In this document: one piece after another, positions 47,769 to 59,670 of the stretch
How positions within the stretch are numbered: the first letter of the stretch is position 1
Layout: each line of letters starts with the position of its first letter
Assembly (NCBI GenBank): GCA_013265495.1
Contig: MU061814.1
Span: 4,728,500 to 4,792,499 of the forward strand
Reading direction: 5' to 3'
Source of the DNA: Vicugna vicugna
Taxonomy: Eukaryota
Length of the DNA stretch: 64,000 nt
The notes under the pieces: generated by a model
Seen by the model: only the letters and a program-made list of their open reading frames with translations
The model's database searches: none
What the model was told of the DNA's origin: nothing
Made by a program: the position numbers and the translations under genes

Positions 47769-50700
47769 TCCTTCTCCTTGGACAGCTTTGGAAGCTTCGC
47801 TCCCAGGAAACTCCTGTCCGAGGTCCAGGGTCAAGGCTGAGCTCTGGCAGGGGGACCCCCTGAACAGGAGCAAATCCCCTGCGTGCTCCTTCCTCATTTA
47901 GCAAATGGGGACAGAACTGCTGCGTGAGGCACAGGGGGTGTGGAGCTGGTCCCCCAGGGCCGGGCTAGGGGACAGAACCTAAGTGGGCGTGCTGCGGCGG
48001 GTCACGTGTGTGCAGTGCTTCGCCCGTGTAGTCAGTAAATGGTGTGCACAAGTCGTTGTGAGCAGGTAAGATTGGGTTGACCATGGAGAAATCAGGGGAG
48101 GCTTCTCAGAGAAGGTGGCTTTGCTCTGAGCCTTGGGAGCTGACAGAATCAACCATATTTTCTCCTCTTTGGGACCAAGATCCGCTTTTCCTGCCCCCTG
48201 CTCATCACACACCTGACTTGTTTCAAGCAGTCACAGATACCACCCAGCGGGCTCCTCCTTTGTACCGAGAACCTTCGCTGAGCACCTACTGGGTGCTAGG
48301 AGCTGCCGAGGGGACTGGGGAGACAGCCGCAAGTGGGGTCCCTGCTCACATGGGGCTCCCTTTGCAGGAGGGACAAACAGGCAAGGCAGAATCCTCAACA
48401 AGACACGCACGTTCAGGAAGCGGCGTGGCTCAGAACGAGTGGCGTGGGCGCCGTCCCAGAGCGCTGGGGTTGGGGGCGGGGGCACTCAGGGCGCCCCCCG
48501 GCCCTGTCTCTGGGAAGGAAACTGTAGGAGGGTCCCAGGGCTGTCACAGCAAAGGGCCAGAGCTGGAGGCCTGAGGACAAGTGTGTCGTCTCACAGCCCT
48601 GGAGGCCCCCGGCCCCGCACAGCCTCGCCGTCCTCCGCCACCCCCAGCCCTAAAGAGGGCTTCGGCTCCGCGCAGGATGAGTTGACCTGAGGGAAACGGA
48701 GGCGGGGAGGGGTGGGCCGGCCAGATCAGGGAGCCCTGCCCGCTCAGCTGCGTGAGCTAAGGGGCCACTCTGCCCGCCCGGCGCTGCCGGGAGCTCTGGC
48801 TGGCGATGCCGGGCCTTACTCTAGAGGAGGAGGGAGCGGCCTCCAGAGGACCCCTCTGGAAGTCTGCAGAGGAGGGAGAGGCTCCCCCGCTGGGAAAGCT
48901 CAGAGAAGCTGTGGGTTCCAAAGACCCAGGGTGGCCTCCCCAGGCAGGTCGGGTGGAGGCTGGTCCTGGTTTGCACTTACTTACCAACAAACGGGCAGGC
49001 GTGGAGGGAGGGACGGATGGAAGACAGGCCAGCCGGCCCACGAGGAGCGGGAGGAGGAGGAAGGCTGCCTGTGTTTCCTGGGCAGTCCACTGCTCATTGC
49101 CACTCTCCTGCGCGCGCGCACTGAGCTCCCCGTGCGCAGAGCCTGTCCCAGCCCCCGGGGCTCCCCAGGGGCCCCACAGAGGTCAGCGCGGGCTGGGGGC
49201 TGTGTCCTGCAAGTCTTCACAGCTTGAGCCTCCAAACGCCCCGGGAGGAGAATTCTGGTGATGTCTTCCTCTCCAGAGGAGAAAGTCAGGAGTGCAGGGG
49301 CTCCCAATTGCGAGGGGTCGGCGGTCGCAGGGTCACAGGTTCTCAGAGTTCAAGAGAGGCTCTGCCCAAGGGCCAGCTCCCTCCCTGTGCTAGGGCTGGA
49401 AACTCTGGACGCCAGCAGGAGGCAGAACGCACACTGGGGAGCAAGGGGAGGGTTGGAGAGGCCTGGGGAGGGTCTGCGCGCCTGCCCTCCCCAGGGCCTC
49501 AGTGAAGCAGACATCAGGGAAGGCCACAGGCGGGCATTTTTTTAAACCCTGTGCAAGGCAACTGGCATGAATCCTGGGCCTCGTCCGGCCTTGGGGCCCC
49601 CGTGGGCACCCCCACTCCTTCCACAATGACCAGCCCTCTTCAGCCCTGGAGGAAGCTTCGATTTCCTCATCTCAGGAAGGGGAACGTGAGTGTGGCCTGG
49701 GTGAGGTGTGGGCCGCCCTGAAGATGGAGGAAGCATCCCTGAAATGCGTCTAAAACCGCCTGCCTGCCCACCCAGCCCGGACTTTTAACGCTTCCCAGGG
49801 CAGCCGGGAGGGGCTCCACCCTGCTGGTGCAACCCAGAGCGCGCAGCTAGATCAGAGCCTCAGACAAGCACGGGTCACATGTGGTGTATGTCCTGCGCTG
49901 CCTGGGACACACTCGTACCAAAAATCACCCTTCGTTTGCCTGAAGTTCACATTTAACTGCGCGGTCACTGTTTGGGTTTGCTCTGTCTGGCAACCACCCT
50001 GAGGTCACCGGCTCCGCTCTGGGCCCCAGGTGGGGACGGGGCGCCTCTCTGAGGGCCCAGCGTGCGTCTCCCTCCTCCTCGGTGCCGCAGTGGGTGACAC
50101 CTGATGGGGGGAGCCTGGAGGGGTGCTGACGGGTGACAAGTTCCCTGAGGTCTGGCCTGCAGATCAGGGGAGGGGGACGGGACATCTGAGGGCCCCGCCA
50201 GGCCAGCCGTCGGGTCGGATCTATGTGACTGGCACCCAGCCTGCCAGGGCTGCACTGCAATATGTCTCACATCCTCCAGTGGGAGCTGCAGCGCTCAGCC
50301 ACCAGAGAGCCCTTCCCTGGGAACGAATGTGAGCACGGGGTCCGAGGCCACAGAAGGAGACGGCGGTGTCCCCGCCTCTGCGGATTGCTCCTGGTACCTC
50401 AGCTCCGAGGCCACCAGGAGAACAGGAGATACCCGTTCACTTGATGGACTCTGGCGGCTGCCTCCTCCACCCACCACACTGCCAAGTCCTCACGCTCGCC
50501 CTGAGGTGGCCCTGCCCTTGCAGCAGACCCACGACATCCAGAGCCACTTTCTCAGGCTCTTGGTTGCAGCAAAGTCGCCCTCCAGCAGAGAGCCACACAC
50601 GCGAGTGGAGACGACCTGCCAGGGACCTTCCATCCCACCCTCACCCTGCGCTGCCCTGCGCCCCAGGCTCTGCCCTCCCTCTGCACCTGGCCGCCCAGCA

Positions 50701-51679
50701 AGGGCTCGCGCCCGCTCGGGCCCAGGATGGACCAGCCCCAGCCTGTGTTCCCAGACACACTGAGCACACACAGCAGCTCCGCCCCCGGCCCTGCTGAACG
50801 GGATGGAGTCGGCCCCACCGCACATCCTCCGGCCCCCCCACCTCTCCGCTCCGTCCCACCCCGGAGGCCTGGGCCTCTCCTTTGGGGCAGCTGCCTCACT
50901 GCTCCCCCACCCCGAGCACGTGGCTTCTGAATCTTAAGCAGGTCAAGGGAAAGAATCAAACACAAGCTGTCCGCACTGATTAGTGCGTCCGCGGGCCGTG
51001 GGCGGTGACTGTCCTGAGACAGCTGGGGGACACTTCTCCCTGCCACTTCCACCATGGCACGGCAAGGCCTTGTGTTTGGGGTGGAAGAGCCTGGGAGGGC
51101 CCAGCCGGGAAGGGGCTGTCCCCAGACAGAAGGAGTCGGGGAGGGTGGAAAGCAGGCCTGGGCAGCGGGACTCGTGCTCCGAGACCCCCGGCTGCATCCA
51201 GCTCCCTGCTCCCACTGCCCGCAGGACATGGGGCCTGGTCCCTCTCAGGCCTCCTACTCGGCGGGGCTTCTCGTGCCCCCGTTCTTCCTGTCCCCTCACC
51301 AGACGTCACCTCCTCAGGGAGGCCTCCCTGATCCCCTCTTGTTTCACTGAATAGGCGTGGGTCCTGCAGAGCCCAGCACCAGGGAGACCCCATGTGGGCC
51401 GGTCTCCTCTGCTGGGGGCTCCCCTCCTGCCACAAGCCCTGCAGGGGCCGGGTCTGGGCCATCGGAGCTGCTCAAGAAATGGGAGCTGCTGCCACCACGG
51501 CTGCCGTGAGGGCCCTGCTCTAGAGGGGCCAGCGTCACTTGCCCCAGAGTTTCTGGACATTTGCCCAGGGGCCTCCTCACCCCTCGGCAGCCACCTTTCC
51601 TCTTTCTGCTCAGGAATCCAGGTGCTGCTCCGTCGTCTGGTCCTCAGGGAATGAAGGAGTGTCGTCTCTGCTTGTGGAT

Positions 51680-51770
51680 AAGACAAGGCACAGAGAAGGG
51701 CAGTAACCTGCCCAAAGTCACACAGCGAAGAAGGGAGGACCAGGGTTTGAATGCAGGCCGCACCTCGCCC
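51680..51770 (-). mobile_element. MIR fragment
   Basis: aaggcacagagaagggcagtaacctgcccaaagtcacacagc...ccagggtttgaatgcagg. Confidence 0.75.
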
Positions 51771-53229
51771 TCAGCCTGTGCCGGGCTGACCCTCAGCCGG
51801 GGGTGGGGGGACTCAGATTCTGCCTGCAGGTGTGTCCTTTCCAAGATCGGAGCCCCAGGCCTCCCCTCTCCCTCCCTCTCAGTCTCACAAAGGAAGACTA
51901 ACACTTGCTAGAGCTCCCTAGCTGCGAGCAGAGCCTTCTCCCAGCCCAGGTTGAAGCGGGAACCATTCTCCCACTATGTGGGTCAGTGTGACTTAGCGCC
52001 ACACCAGTGCGAACCTGTCCTGAGTGCCACAGGGGTTCCAGGTCCCGGCTTCGGGAATCTCAGACACCCACGAGCCCCCGAGCCGCCCCTGGAGTGGCCG
52101 GTGGGAAGGAGGTCAGCTGCTGAGTGTGGGAATGTCACCCTCCGGGGACACAAGCCCACTCCTGGGGGCCCGTGTGGCCCGTGTCATGTGCAGGGGCCCC
52201 TCTCCAGCACCCCTGCCTCCCGCAGTCAGGGACAGTGTCCCCACAAGGAGGCGTGGGATCTGAGGGTGGAGGCCAGCGTCCCAGCACCAGTGAGGGACCA
52301 GGAGAGACACATGGAAAGGCCAAGAGACGGCTCAGTCCCCAGGGCCCAGGTCAGATAAGGCTAGAATGCGGCCGCAGCATGGAGGGGTGAGCTGGTGGGA
52401 GTGGCCACCCTGGGCCTGTCTGGGGCCACGCAGGGACCTGGGACCAGTGAGAGCTGGGAACAGGGGGCCGGCAACCTGGGGCTTGAGCCGACCAGTCGGG
52501 CGAGCCAGGAGGCTGCATGAGGGAGCGCGTTCTTGGCCTCCCCCGAGGAGACGCTCGTCCACGTGGGCAGTGGGGGGAGGATGGGAGCAAGGAGGTGTTA
52601 ACTGAGTGCCTACCGTGTGCCGCACACCCTCGTTACTGATGGCGCTGGAAGCAAGACTTCTGGGGCGGCGGGTGCCGGGCTGGCTGGGACGCCAGCCACC
52701 GTGTTGTCCACCTTCTGTCCCGAGCTGCTCCCCGAGGGTAGGGTGCCAGGCCCCTCTGGCTGGCGGTGGCCAGTCCGTCTTGACTCGGAAACAGACACTG
52801 CGAGGCCTCAGCTGCTGCGTCTGGGGAGGGGGGCCTGCCAGGCGCCCTGCAGTCTCCTCGTGAGCTGGGACCCAGACTTCCACGCCCTCCCCGTGTGGTG
52901 TCCCTCACGTGGCCCGTGTCTCAGCCTCTGTGGCTTTGGCGGGACATCCACACAGCCAACCCCGCAGAGGGCCCCGGACAGAGCCCCCTCCCCTCTCTGA
53001 AGGACGCTGACCCCCCGCCCCTGAGAACAGCACCGTCTCAGGGGAGAAGACTGCAGGCGCTCCTCAGGACCGGCCTCCGGCGTGGCAGCGAGTCGCCCCC
53101 GGGAGGGGGCACCCGCAGAGCTGCCCCCTGTCTGATTAGGCAGGGCTTTGCAAGCTGGGCTTTTCTGCAGGGTTAAAATGTCAGGAGGGCTCGCAGGAGA
53201 CAGCAGCGCTTCGAGCTCTCTCGTGCGCC

Positions 53230-53420
53230 CATCAGAGACGCCCCGTCTGCAAGCCGCGTCCGCCCGCCCAGCCCCAGCCGGCGTGTCGCGGCTGGAGGCG
53301 CCGCTGCGGCCCGCGGCGAGGGCGGGCTCCGGCTCCGGCCGCCAAGTCTCAGACCCGCCCGCTTCCGGACACCCGCCCCTCTCGGTCCTCGAGTCCGTGG
53401 GCTGCGGGCTGCTCCCCCAG
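53230..53420. promoter_or_regulatory. CpG/GC-box-rich patch in intron 7
   Basis: ccgcgtccgcccgcccagcc...gcggcccgcggcgagggcgggctccggctccggcc...cccgcccgcttccgg, with several GC boxes and an ETS-like CTTCCGG. Confidence 0.45.
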
Positions 53421-54249
53421 CAGCTCAGAGCTTCTCCCCGGACCAGGCTGGGCCTAATTTGCGATCACGTGGTCTTCAGGATCTCTAAGAAAGCAGAGCC
53501 GACACCTTTCTGTGGTTTTCAAGAGTCCCCACCCTACGTGGCCATCAGAGGAAAGATTTCACAGGGTGGTCACTGCTGCCGGTGACAACGGTGGCCACCA
53601 CAGTTAATTCTGTCATGTTGCTCAGTTCGGGTGGAATCTCTTGCTTGGTGACAAAACAGGCAACGCCCTCGCTTCATGAGAAATGTCACGACAGGTCACG
53701 CGGGAGATTCTGAAACTGCTCCTAGAAAGTGAGCTTCTGTAAGCGCTGTGAGGACGCGGCGGCTGAAGGGGTGGGGGTGGGGGCTGGTGCGGTGACGCTT
53801 CTCAGATTTTTTTATCCCAAAAGCAGCGGTTTACAGTAGAAAGCAGGGTAAGCACAAAGAGAGAGTTATTACCCGCCACGCTCTCGCTGGGGGCTGAGCC
53901 CCGTGGCCACGCGGCGTCCCGCTCGCCCTGGGCACATCCGTGCCCTCTTGCGGAGGTGGCTGCCTGAGGCACGGGTCGGTGGGACTGCGGCTGTGCTCAG
54001 GGCTGTGTCCTAAACGCCAGGAGTCCTTCCCGCGTCGTCATGGCTTCCTGGGTCTCCGTCGCTGGGATCTGCCGACCCTTGTTTCACAAAACACTAAAAA
54101 GAAGCTGCCAGTTGAGCCCCGACTTAACGCTTTCCTACCTGGAGTCCCTGTTTCGTTGAAAGAGCCCTTGTAGCTGATTGAGGCCGAGCTGGGATGGTGT
54201 GACGCCCTCAGGGCTGCATCAGCGGAAGTGCACGAGAGGCAGAGTGGTC

Positions 54250-54325
54250 TGCGGGTACCCCGCCAGGGGCGGATCCCGGGGCGGAGCGGCCGGCGCGTGC
54301 GCACGAGGGAGAGGGCGGGCTCATG
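54250..54325. promoter_or_regulatory. Compact GC-box and NRF1 motif cluster
   Basis: GGGGCGGA (54266), GGGGCGGAG (54278), GCGCGTGCGCA (54293-54303, reverse complement TGCGCACGCGC = NRF1 consensus) and GAGGGCGGGC (54311). Confidence 0.45.
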
Positions 54326-55021
54326 CCTGGGCGCGGGTGTCTCCTGCTGTGTGGGCGTCGGGACGTCACCACCTGCCCCAAAATGTCCTGGTAGAACTCG
54401 GCTTCCCTTGTTCCTGGAGCCGGAATCCCTCACCTGGCCTCCAGGCCCGTCCCCACCCAGGCCCACCGGGCCCTGCGCTGTGCCCTGGCCACCCTGGCTG
54501 CCTCCCGGGGCCTCAGACAGCCCTCGTCCTGCCCGGGAGACAGTCACACCTCTCCAACCCCCTGTTCCCCTGACCCCTCCAGGAGCCAACCCTGCCTTCA
54601 CGTGTAGACTGCCCCCTGCTGTGCTTCCCAGGCCCCCCATCCTGCGTCCCCCCCAGAATGCCTGTGACCTCGTCTATAGCAGGACAGCCTGAGCTCCAAG
54701 GGGCAGGGTGTTCACAGAGAAAACCCGCTGGGCTCTGCTCCTGGTGTCTTTCAGGGAGAGTTTTAATTGCTAAGGTGGTGCGGGGCAGCATCTCAGCTGA
54801 CCAGGGCGTGTAAGTGCCCAGGGGCCAGGGCTGCGCCGAGGACCCCCCCAACCCCAACCCCGGCCGAGATGCGAGTGTCCAGAAGCACATGGGGCACCAG
54901 CTTTGGGATTCTTAACACTTGCTGGTTCCCAGCATTTCCAGGGGTTTCCAAATGCCGTCTCCTTGCCGACCTCTACTTACTGTCATCACAGGAAGAAATA
55001 AGCCCGGGGGGAGATGGGGCA

Positions 55022-55180
55022 GGGGGAGCGGCATGGAGCTGAGTGGTAGAGCACGTGCTTAGCATGCACGAGGTCATGGGTTCAATCCCTGGTACCTCCA
55101 CTAAAGAAAGAAAGAAAGAAACCTAATTACCTCCCACCCCCAAAAAAAAGTTTAAAAGAAAAATTAATTTTAAAAAAAGA
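55022..55180 (+). mobile_element. tRNA-Ala(AGC)-derived SINE of camelid type
   Basis: gagctgagtggtagagcacgtgcttagcatgcacgaggtcatgggttcaatccctggtacctcca is a tRNA-Ala head with an intact anticodon stem CGTGC/GCACG and B-box GGTTCAATCC at 55079-55088. It is followed by (GAAA)n, aacctaattacctccc and an A-rich tail. Confidence 0.9.
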
Positions 55181-57454
55181 AGCTCAAGAGAATACAGGAC
55201 AGCGTTTCCTGTGAAGCAAGATGAAAAACGCAAAATAAAAGCCCCCGTCCGTGCCGAGCTCCCCGTTGGCCTCTCTCCACTCACGGATGGAGCCGTCAAA
55301 GCCACACAGAGCCCCCGGGCCCTCAGGCCCAGAACTGCTTTCTGGGGCCTCCCACCAGCAGAGCCTGGCTGGAAGGGACACTTCCCCACCGTACCTGTTC
55401 AGTGAGCCAGGCTGGGACCCACATCTGTCCGTGAGCATCAGCTCAGGGCTATGGCATCTGCAGTGGCGAAGCGGGCTTGGCACTGTCCCCGGGGGCTCAC
55501 AGTTCCAGGCTGCAGGGGGCCACAGAGGCACATCGAAGGCTGGGCTTCCCATCAGAGTAGCTGGGGGCTGCCTTGTGGGATGGCGAGATGGTGGTCCCAC
55601 CCTGGGATGAGAGCCCTGGTAGGGCCACCCGGGCATCGCCCACCCTGCCCGCCTACTCCAGGAAGCCCTCGCTGCTTTCTTGCCCCTTGCCTACAACCCC
55701 CTCCCCTGCCTCTTCCTCAGAGGCCTGGCTGGAGGGCAGGGGCACTGGGAGGCCACCTTCTTACTGTAGGTTTGCAATTTGACACGGAGGAGGTGGGGTG
55801 AGGGCCCCTGGTGCAGGCAGAACAGGGCTCAGGCAACTGGCAGGAGGAAGGAGAGGGTGTCCGAGTGGAGACAGTGCAGGCAAAGGTGACAAGGTCAGAT
55901 GGCATGACCTCTGACCCCTGAAGTGGGCAGGAGCCAAGGGTGTGAGGGGGTCTGGGGACGGGGGTCCTGGCTCCAAGGAAGGCAGCAGGTCAGAGCAATG
56001 CTGGCTGGGGGTGACCACACCTGAGCTGCAGCTGGTTTTGTAAATAAAGTTTCATGGGCACACGGCCACGCCCACTTTTTCACACACGTGGCTGCGTTCC
56101 TGATGCAATGGCAGACACCACGTGGCCAAAAAGCCATCCCCCCCGCCTCCCCGGGGAGCAGCGTGGCGGCCAGTTCCGTGGGAGGAGCGGGGCTTTTCCC
56201 CGTACCCTTGGCCTCTGTCCCTGTTGGCCAGGCCGAGGGTCTCAAACTGGTGGCCCAGAGACGGGTTCAGCCTCAGATGTGTCGCCTTCTTGTCCTTTTG
56301 CTGTTCAAACTTGGCCGGCACTTAAGCAGGAGGCTGGTACACAAGCCCAGGTTCCTGGACTGTCTTAAAGTTCTGAGGCTCCGGGCGTGGGGCCCGCTCT
56401 CCCCGCGGCAGCAGGAGGCTGGCCTGTGCCCCCAGCCCTCAGGTTCTTCCCCGGCGTCCAGACTGCCCTGAGGAGCAGTCATTCCGGCAGTGTGTCTTCC
56501 CTCTGTGCCCAGCAGAGTACGGAGGGAAGAGGAGAGAGAAAAGGAAGAGACAGACACAGAGGGAGGCCATGGGGACAGACCCCAAGCACCACACCTGGGC
56601 TGCGCGTTGGGAACCAGAGGCCTTCTTGGCGTCTCCCCGCCCAGGCAGCAGGCCCCGGAGGGAGCTCTACCTGCAGTGCTGGCGTTGTCTGTCTGTGGCC
56701 CAGCTCGGTGCTGCAGAAAGCGAACCCAGTTACGGGCGGGGGGGGCTGGCATGGAGGAGCGACCATGTCCCCCAGGCTCCCTGCACAGGGATTGTGGGTG
56801 GGGCCAGGACAGGGGTCCAAGGCCCTGAGTGGTCGTGAAGCCCGGGGGGCAGCAGCCAGCCAGCCTCCCATCCTGAGTGTGCAAACAGCAGCCGGGGGGG
56901 ACAGCCCCTTGTCCTAAGCGGTGCTCTCCAGGGAAGCCAGAGTCCCAGAGGCGGTTGGTGAGGGTTTAGAGAGGGTGGTGCTGCTGCCCGGCCCGCGGTG
57001 GAGGGCTCTGACACAGAGCCGAGGGCATCCTCACCCGGGGGGGGGGCTTGGGGGGCACCCAGCCCCACCCTCCCAGGCAGAGGAACCTCAGAAAGGGGCC
57101 CTCGGCCCCACCCAGACCTGCACCTGCAGCAGGTGCCCCGAGACTCCCCTCTCCCTGCAGAAGAGCAGCGCATGCACCTGAAGGGCTGCGGGGCTGCAAG
57201 GAAGGAGGGGCCCGAGGAGGAGGCTCGGCCTGCGGTGGGGGGCAGGGAGAGGCTGGTGGGGGGCTGCTGGGTGCAGAGTAGGTGCCCTGTGGGTCTGTTC
57301 AGCCTGGGCTCAGCCTGCAGCCCCAGCGTGGGGCCCATGCCGGACCACAGGCAGCCGGACGCAGCCCCACCAGCTCGGTGAGCCATGCCTGGCCGTGGTT
57401 GCAGAGTACACGGCCCCGGGGGCCCCATGAGACAGCTGTGCTGGCACCTTGAGA

Positions 57455-57925
57455 CGTCATCCAGGTGCCACGAAGGGCACACTTTCCACGTGCAAGTTTC
57501 AGCGGATTTAGTGCCTTCACTGCCGTGTACCCTCCACCGCTGTCTATTCCATCCCCTAAAAACCCCGCGCCAACAGCAGTCACTGCCATGCCCCCAGCTC
57601 CCCAGGCCTGGCAGCCTCCAACCTGCCCTCCCGATGGGGTAGTCTGTTCTGGACTTTCATTCAGCCTGGGGGCCTCTGCATCTGCCCGCTTTCCCTGGGC
57701 ATCGGGTTTTCGAGGTTCATCCGCATTGTAGCCAGTGTCCGTAAAGCACCCTTTTTGATGGCTGAATGACACCCCCGTACAGACAGACCACATTGGCTCA
57801 TTCCCACATCTGCTGGTGGGCATTCGGGCTGCTCCCCTTGTGACTGGTGCTGCCGTGAGCCCGGGGCAGCACCTGCCCGTTCCGGGCCTCGGGCACACGC
57901 CCAGGCGTGCAGTTGCGGGCTGAGA
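57455..57925 (-). mobile_element. Old L1 (L1MB7/8-like) 3' region, antisense
   Basis: gtgcaagtttcagcggatttagtgccttcac...catcccctaaaaacccc...tctgttctggactttcat...gaggttcatccgcattgtagccagtgtccgtaaagcaccctttttgatggctgaat...gggcacacgcccaggcgtgcagttgcgggc. Confidence 0.85.
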
Positions 57926-59444
57926 TTACGAGAACCCGGCCCTCGGTGTGCCTCGTCTCCTGGCAGTGACCAGTGTCACAGGGGATGTGATGACCCAGCG
58001 AGGGGAGAGGAAGACCTCATTCTGGAAAGACGGACTGCGGGAGGAGCCTGCGAGTCTGAACGTGGGCTGCCAGCCTCTCAGCCTTGATTTCCCCCACACA
58101 CTGACCACCAGGCGGGCAGGGAGACGTGCTGGCAGCACAGAGGCTAACGCCGCCCCGGGAGCGGCCGGACGGCAGGGTCGGAACCGCAGGCTGACACGGG
58201 AGTGGGGGGTCAGCCGCCGGTGCGCATCCTAGTGGCCCCGCGTGGGGAGGCCCCGCGTGGGGAGGGCACAGGGATCTTTGACGCTTTTCTAGGGCAGGCC
58301 GGCCAGATGCATTATTGATGGATGTTCTGCAAAATTTAAACGCTGAGCTGCGGGAGGTGAGTGAGAACCCCAGGGACGCCCGCTGCAGTTTTCTTTCCTC
58401 CTCTTGAACTTGAAAACGGCCAAATCACGTTTTAATGAATTCGCTGCGACCACTGCTGCCCGGCTCCAGGGGTGTCCGGCCATGTTCTCTGCAGCCGGCA
58501 GGGGCAGGGTGGATACCACTGCGCAGCGGCCCGGGCTGGCGGGCAGGGGCACCTGCTCAGTACACCCACCGCCCTGCCGGGCCGCCCACTGCCCCACCCA
58601 CCCCCTCCTGCTGCTCTGTGTCGGGGTCAGTGTGGAGACGGAGGCTTCACAATCAGCCTGTGGAGAAGGGCCCATGGCCGGTCCAGGGCTGGAACCAGGG
58701 TCATCCCTCCCTCCCAGGAGGGCCCAGGAAGCCAACCGCTGGGATTCAGGCTCCCATGGCCGGGGCCCAGGCACGCTGCCCTCCGGCCAGGGCCTCGGGG
58801 AGCCACCTGGCCCCCGAAGACTCCATGTGGTCACCTGCATAGTGGGGAGGACGCTGCCCCCGACTCCCCAGGGCTGGTCAGAGCGCAGGTCAGGGTGCCC
58901 GGGTGGTCTGTGGCAGCAGCTGGCCTCACGTGAACCATGAGACACACGCACTTTGGGGCCAGGAAACCAGGTCCGGAGGAAGGCTTTGTGAATAAAAACA
59001 GAAATCCCAGCCCCACCAGACACCCCCTCCCCCCTGAGTAAAGAAGGGCCAGTCGTGTGAGCGTGTCTGTCTCCAGGGATGGGGGCAGGTCCTGCCCACC
59101 CACCCCGTCTCTGAGCGCCTTTCCAGAGGGGATTTGGTGAAAGAGAAAAACAGTGACCATTATTAAGTCTGAAAAGTAACTTTCTAAAACAAAATCCACA
59201 GCACAGAGCCTGGACCCGCGCCCACCCCAGTGCTCCCACGGTGCCCAGGCCCGTGACCCGGCTGGGCTGGCCTGGATCTCAGAGGCCCCGCCCTCAGGGA
59301 GGCCCTGGCTTCTACTGGGAGTCCCTGCACAGATTTCCTCCTTCTTGCTATTGTCTTCGCGCCCCACCCCCCAGCACCACAGCCAGGAAGGACCCCCACC
59401 AGGCACCCAAAAGCCAGGCCCGCACGCCCTCTAGAGGTGGTCGG

Positions 59445-59670
59445 CTGCACAACATGCACTCACACACGAATGTGCACACGTACACAGCCATATACCCACG
59501 TGCATACACATGGATACACATGTACGTGTGTGCTTACTTGCATTCACACAGGTACACACACACCTATACACGTGTGTGCATGCACAATGACACATACATG
59601 CAGGTACAGAAACACGGGTACACGGACATCACACACATACGCACACATGCGCACATACACGCGTGTGTCC
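59445..59670. repeat. About 220-bp degenerate alternating purine-pyrimidine (CA/TG/TA/CG) tract
   Basis: cacacacgaatgtgcacacgtacac...catacacatggatacacatgtacgtgtgtgc...cacacatacgcacacatgcgcacatacacgcgtgtgt. Confidence 0.85.

Noticed and set aside
55030-55100. tRNA-Ala(AGC) gene
   Set aside because: The acceptor and T stems are broken and it is followed by a SINE body and A-rich tail, so it is a tRNA-derived SINE.
58289-59239. Longest ORF in the track (316 aa, - strand) and similar 200-290 aa ORFs such as 21533-22408, 30727-31509, 33122-33889 and 62767-63552
   Set aside because: They have Pro/Gly/Arg/Ala-rich low-information composition, no domain similarity, overlap in several frames and partly run through repeats. 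Such ORFs are expected from stop-codon scarcity at high GC.
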